Part shown: one piece after another, positions 20,985-24,414 of the stretch | Numbering within the stretch: position 1 is the first letter of the stretch | Layout of the letters: each line of letters opens with the position of its first letter | Assembly: GCF_004010195.1 (NCBI RefSeq) | Contig: NC_057758.1 | Span: 7,208,277-7,232,690, forward strand | DNA length: 24,414 nt | Direction: 5' to 3' | Source: Chiloscyllium plagiosum | Taxonomy: Eukaryota | Program-made: the position numbers and the translations under genes | Notes under the pieces: generated by a model | Told to the model about the DNA's origin: nothing | Seen by the model: the letters and a program-made list of their open reading frames with translations, nothing else | Databases searched by the model: none

Positions 20985-21959
20985 AGGTACATCAGATCAG
21001 GATGAGGCTGTTCAACCTCTGGAGCCTGCTTTCCAGTTGCAGGAGCAGGCCACTCAGCCTCTCTACCAAAGTCGGCCATGCAGCACCAGCCTTTACGTGC
21101 AAAGAATAATCCTCCGCCATTTTCTCCAACTCCAACACGACACCACCACGAAACACATCTTACCTTCCCTCCCCCTGTCTGCATTCCGCAGAAATAATTC
21201 CCTCCGAGACAACCTAGTTCCCTCCTCCATCACACCTAACACCTCTCCTTCCCATGCAACCGCAGAAGGTGCAACACTTGCCACTTTACCTCTTTCATGC
21301 TCACCATCCAAGGCCCCAAGCACTCATTTCAGATTAAGCAGCGTTTCACTTCGACCTCTGTTTGGTCCATTGCATTCGTTGCTCCCAATGTGGTCTCCTC
21401 TTCATCGGACATACAAAACGCTGAATGGGGGATCGCTTTTCTGAGGACATTCATTCGGTACGCAATCAGGTCCCGGTCCTTCCCGTGGCTTGCCACTTCG
21501 ACACACAATCCTGCTCCTATGCCCGCATGTCAGTCCTTGGCCTGCGGCAATGTTCCAGTGAAGCTCAGCACAAACTGGAAGAATAACATCTCATATTCCG
21601 ACTAGGTACGTTACAGCCTGTCAGTCTCAACATTGAAATCAACAAATTCAGATGATTATCCCATTTCGACTCCTCTGTTTTCATTCTGCTCCGTAATTTT
21701 ATTTCATTTATTTTCTTAATTTTTAACTTTTTTTCACAATTCTGTACCTCTTAATTTTTGATTGTCTCTCGTTCTCTCGCTCCCCACTCTCTCATCACCT
21801 TTTTCCTCTCCTCTTCCCCCTTTGCGACCATTCTCCCCTGTTTTCCATTTTGCCTCTGCTTCACCCATCCGCCCCAACCCCCACATATTTTGTCACGTAG
21901 CACTGGCTTCAGGCTTGGTCATTCATAGCTCCTAATCTCCCTGTACTCTCTCTATGCAC
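20985..21959 (+). mobile_element. Penelope-like element 3' part (linker, GIY-YIG, pyrimidine-rich 3' region)
   Basis: QRIILRHFLQLQHD...SAFRRNNSLRDNLV, PCNRRRCNTC, TIQGPKHSFQIKQRFT and VHCIRCSQCGLLFIG. Confidence 0.88.
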
Positions 21960-22459
21960 NNNNNNNNNNNNNNNNNNNNNNNNNNNNNNNNNNNNNNNNN
22001 NNNNNNNNNNNNNNNNNNNNNNNNNNNNNNNNNNNNNNNNNNNNNNNNNNNNNNNNNNNNNNNNNNNNNNNNNNNNNNNNNNNNNNNNNNNNNNNNNNNN
22101 NNNNNNNNNNNNNNNNNNNNNNNNNNNNNNNNNNNNNNNNNNNNNNNNNNNNNNNNNNNNNNNNNNNNNNNNNNNNNNNNNNNNNNNNNNNNNNNNNNNN
22201 NNNNNNNNNNNNNNNNNNNNNNNNNNNNNNNNNNNNNNNNNNNNNNNNNNNNNNNNNNNNNNNNNNNNNNNNNNNNNNNNNNNNNNNNNNNNNNNNNNNN
22301 NNNNNNNNNNNNNNNNNNNNNNNNNNNNNNNNNNNNNNNNNNNNNNNNNNNNNNNNNNNNNNNNNNNNNNNNNNNNNNNNNNNNNNNNNNNNNNNNNNNN
22401 NNNNNNNNNNNNNNNNNNNNNNNNNNNNNNNNNNNNNNNNNNNNNNNNNNNNNNNNNNN
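21960..22459. other. Assembly gap (N run)
   Basis: N bases. Confidence 1.
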
Positions 22460-22489
22460 AAAAATCACACAACACCAGGTTATAGTCCA

Positions 22490-23340
22490 CTTTGTGCTCA
22501 CTTCTTTGGGTAACAGTCTGCCCCCCCGCACCACAGATCCTTTCACATCCCTCCAACATTCCACCTCTAATTGGACACCCCTGCCAGGACAATTTCCTGC
22601 CCTCGATCTTTTCATTGACAATTGTTGACAGGACATTGGCTGCCTTAATTTCTCTGCCCTTCTTACCCATTCCAACCTCTCTCCATCTGAACTTTCTGCC
22701 CTTCGCTGCCTTAGGCCCAACCCCAACCTTGTCATCAAACCTGCTAACAAAGTGGGTGCTGTTGTCGTCTGGCGTACTGACCTCTACCTCGCAGAGGCTG
22801 AGCGCCAACTCTCAGATTCCTCCTACCTCCCCCTGGAGCCTGACCACACCACTGAGCATCAAGCCATTGCCTCCAACACCGTGACTGACCTCATTTCCTC
22901 CGGATGCCTCCCCCTCCCCCCCCACAGCTTCCAACCTCGTAGTCTCCCAACCCTGGACAGCCCATTTCTACCTACTCCCCAAAATCCACAAGAAGGACTG
23001 TCCCGGCAGACCCATTGTGTCAGCATGCTCCTGTTCCACTGAACGTATTTCCACCGACCTCGACTCCATCCTCACTCCTCTGGTTCACTCCCTCCCCACC
23101 TACATCCAGGATTCCTCTGATGCCCTGCGACACATTGACAGCTTTCAATTCGCAGGCCCTAACCACCTTCTATTCACCATGGATGTGCAATCTCTTTACA
23201 CCTCCATCCCACACCAAGATGGTTTGAAAGAGAGCTTTGACAAAGGGTCAGTTAGACTCGAAACGTCAGCTCTTTTCTCTCCTTACAGATGCTTACAGAT
23301 GCTGCCAGACCTGCTGAGATTTTCCAGCATTTTCTCTTTT
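22490..23340 (+). mobile_element. Internally deleted Penelope-like element: RT N-half fused to a family B' pLTR, with 12-bp TSD
   Basis: VIKPANKVGAVVVW, FYLLPKIHK..CPGRPIVSACSCSTERIS and LFTMDVQSLYTSIPHQDGL, then directly a pLTR (TTGACAA...GAAACGTC). GGTTATAGTCCA at 22478-22489 and 23341-23352. Confidence 0.9.
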
Positions 23341-23369
23341 GGTTATAGTCCAACAGATTTATTTGGAAG

Positions 23370-23404
23370 CACTAGCTTTCGGAGCGCTGCTCCTTCATCA
23401 GGTG
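23370..23404 (-). ncRNA. Minimal type I hammerhead ribozyme motif (Penelope-type), consensus-intact
   Basis: RNA CAC-CUGAUGA-A-GGAGC-AGC-GCUCC-GAA-AGCU-A-GUG: 3-bp stem I, 5-bp stem II, palindromic AGCU in place of stem III, NUH = CUA. Activity untested. Confidence 0.8.
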
Positions 23405-24039
23405 GTTGACGAAAGAACAACGATCCAAAAGCTAGTGCTTCCAAATAAACCTGTTGGACTATAATCTGATGTTGTATGATTTTTATCTTATTGAAAAAGG
23501 TTGCCATGGACAACACTTGAGATGTTTGTAATCGTTCTTTCCTTGAACATTTGCAGTGCTGCATTCTTTCAGTCACACAGTATGGCCTTCATGGACTGAA
23601 CTTGACTTGTTTTTAAGTTACCAGTCACCTGGATTTAAGATATCCATCTCATATACATACGCACTTATTCACATTCCCTCCCATGCACAATGCGTCTTCG
23701 GTCAGCTAAAAGTTTGCTTTGTATTGAAGCTAAGTTAGCACCAAACCCCAGCATCAATGAGACAAGGTAATGGTATTCTTGAAGTCTGAGACATGAGGAA
23801 TATCTTGCCCATTTATAATTTACTTGGCAAGACTTCAATGCATCGCACTGGATATTATCCGGCTAAAATATTTAAGCTACATCAACAAAACAAAGAAGAC
23901 TCATGGGATTAATTGTATTAAACATAAACACACTGTCTACACATCAAACTCGAGAATGCAAAGCCAATTCAGTGATTGATGAAGTTCAGCCCTTGGAGCT
24001 CTAGATCATTGTTACAGTGCCGTAGAAACATTACCAGGG

Positions 24040-24414
24040 ATAGACAATAGACAATAGGTGCAGGAGTAGGCCATTCTGCCCTTCGAGCCTGCACCACCAT
24101 TCAATATGATCATGGCTGATCATCCTCAATCAGTATCCTGTTCCTGCCTTATCTCCATAACCCTTGATTCCACAATCCTTGAGAGCTCTATCCAACTCTT
24201 TCTTAAATGAATCCAGAGACTGGGCCTCCACTGCCCTCCGGGGAAGAGCATTCCACACAGCCACCACTCTCTGGGTGAAGAAGCTTCTCCTCATCTCTGT
24301 CCTAAATGGCCTACCCCTTATTTTTAAGCTGTGTCCTCTGGTTCAGCACTCACCCATCAGCGGAAACATGTTTCCTGACTACAGAGTGTCCAATTCTTTA
24401 ATAATCTTATATGT
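24040..24414 (-). mobile_element. Well-preserved CR1-clade LINE 3' end (ORF2 C-terminus, 3' UTR, tandem tail), continuing beyond the window
   Basis: Plus strand TAGACAATAGACAATAG tail then GGAGTAGGCCATTCTGCCCTTCGAGCC. The minus strand reads TYKIIKELDTL...MRRSFFTQRVVAVWNALP. Confidence 0.92.

Larger units (their letters stand above)
22460..23484. mobile_element. Fold-back pLTR element family C (22460-22489 plus 23341-23484), split by a nested Penelope insertion
   Basis: Rejoining across the duplicated GGTTATAGTCCA restores an arm near-identical to 13998-14078. The inverted arm at about 23406-23484 is more diverged. Confidence 0.85.

Noticed and set aside
19967..22808. Long ORFs of 224-313 aa in the ORF track
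   Set aside because: Artefacts of translating N runs.
23485..24035. Additional exon-like segments on the minus strand in the unique stretch
   Set aside because: They are short, contain stops or lack convincing donors, and cannot be told from chance without a homology search.

Overview
Eukaryotic, repeat-dense vertebrate DNA, almost certainly elasmobranch (shark/ray), judged from two HE1-type V-SINEs and a shark-type GPR139-like exon. It contains three N gaps and no intact host gene. Most of the window is nested retroelement debris: CR1-clade LINE fragments on both strands, a second APE-RT LINE family, Penelope-like elements (PLEs) and short derivatives of PLE terminal repeats (pLTRs). The only recognisable host sequence is a 3'-truncated GPR139-like GPCR exon (2611-2924, minus). 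Most notable: (i) short fold-back (palindromic) pLTR elements, two with clean 12-13 bp target-site duplications, whose centres fall in or beside minimal hammerhead ribozyme (HHR) motifs; one HHR (23370-23404, minus) is consensus-intact; (ii) two copies of a tRNA-like head running into what looks like the start of an APE endonuclease frame, suggesting a Pol III-headed LINE without ORF1; (iii) a weak, phase-compatible chain of exon-like segments on the minus strand (about 11.9-15.9 kb) that may be a decayed multi-exon gene. Family names come from pattern recognition, not database searches. Boundaries of degenerate repeats are approximate.
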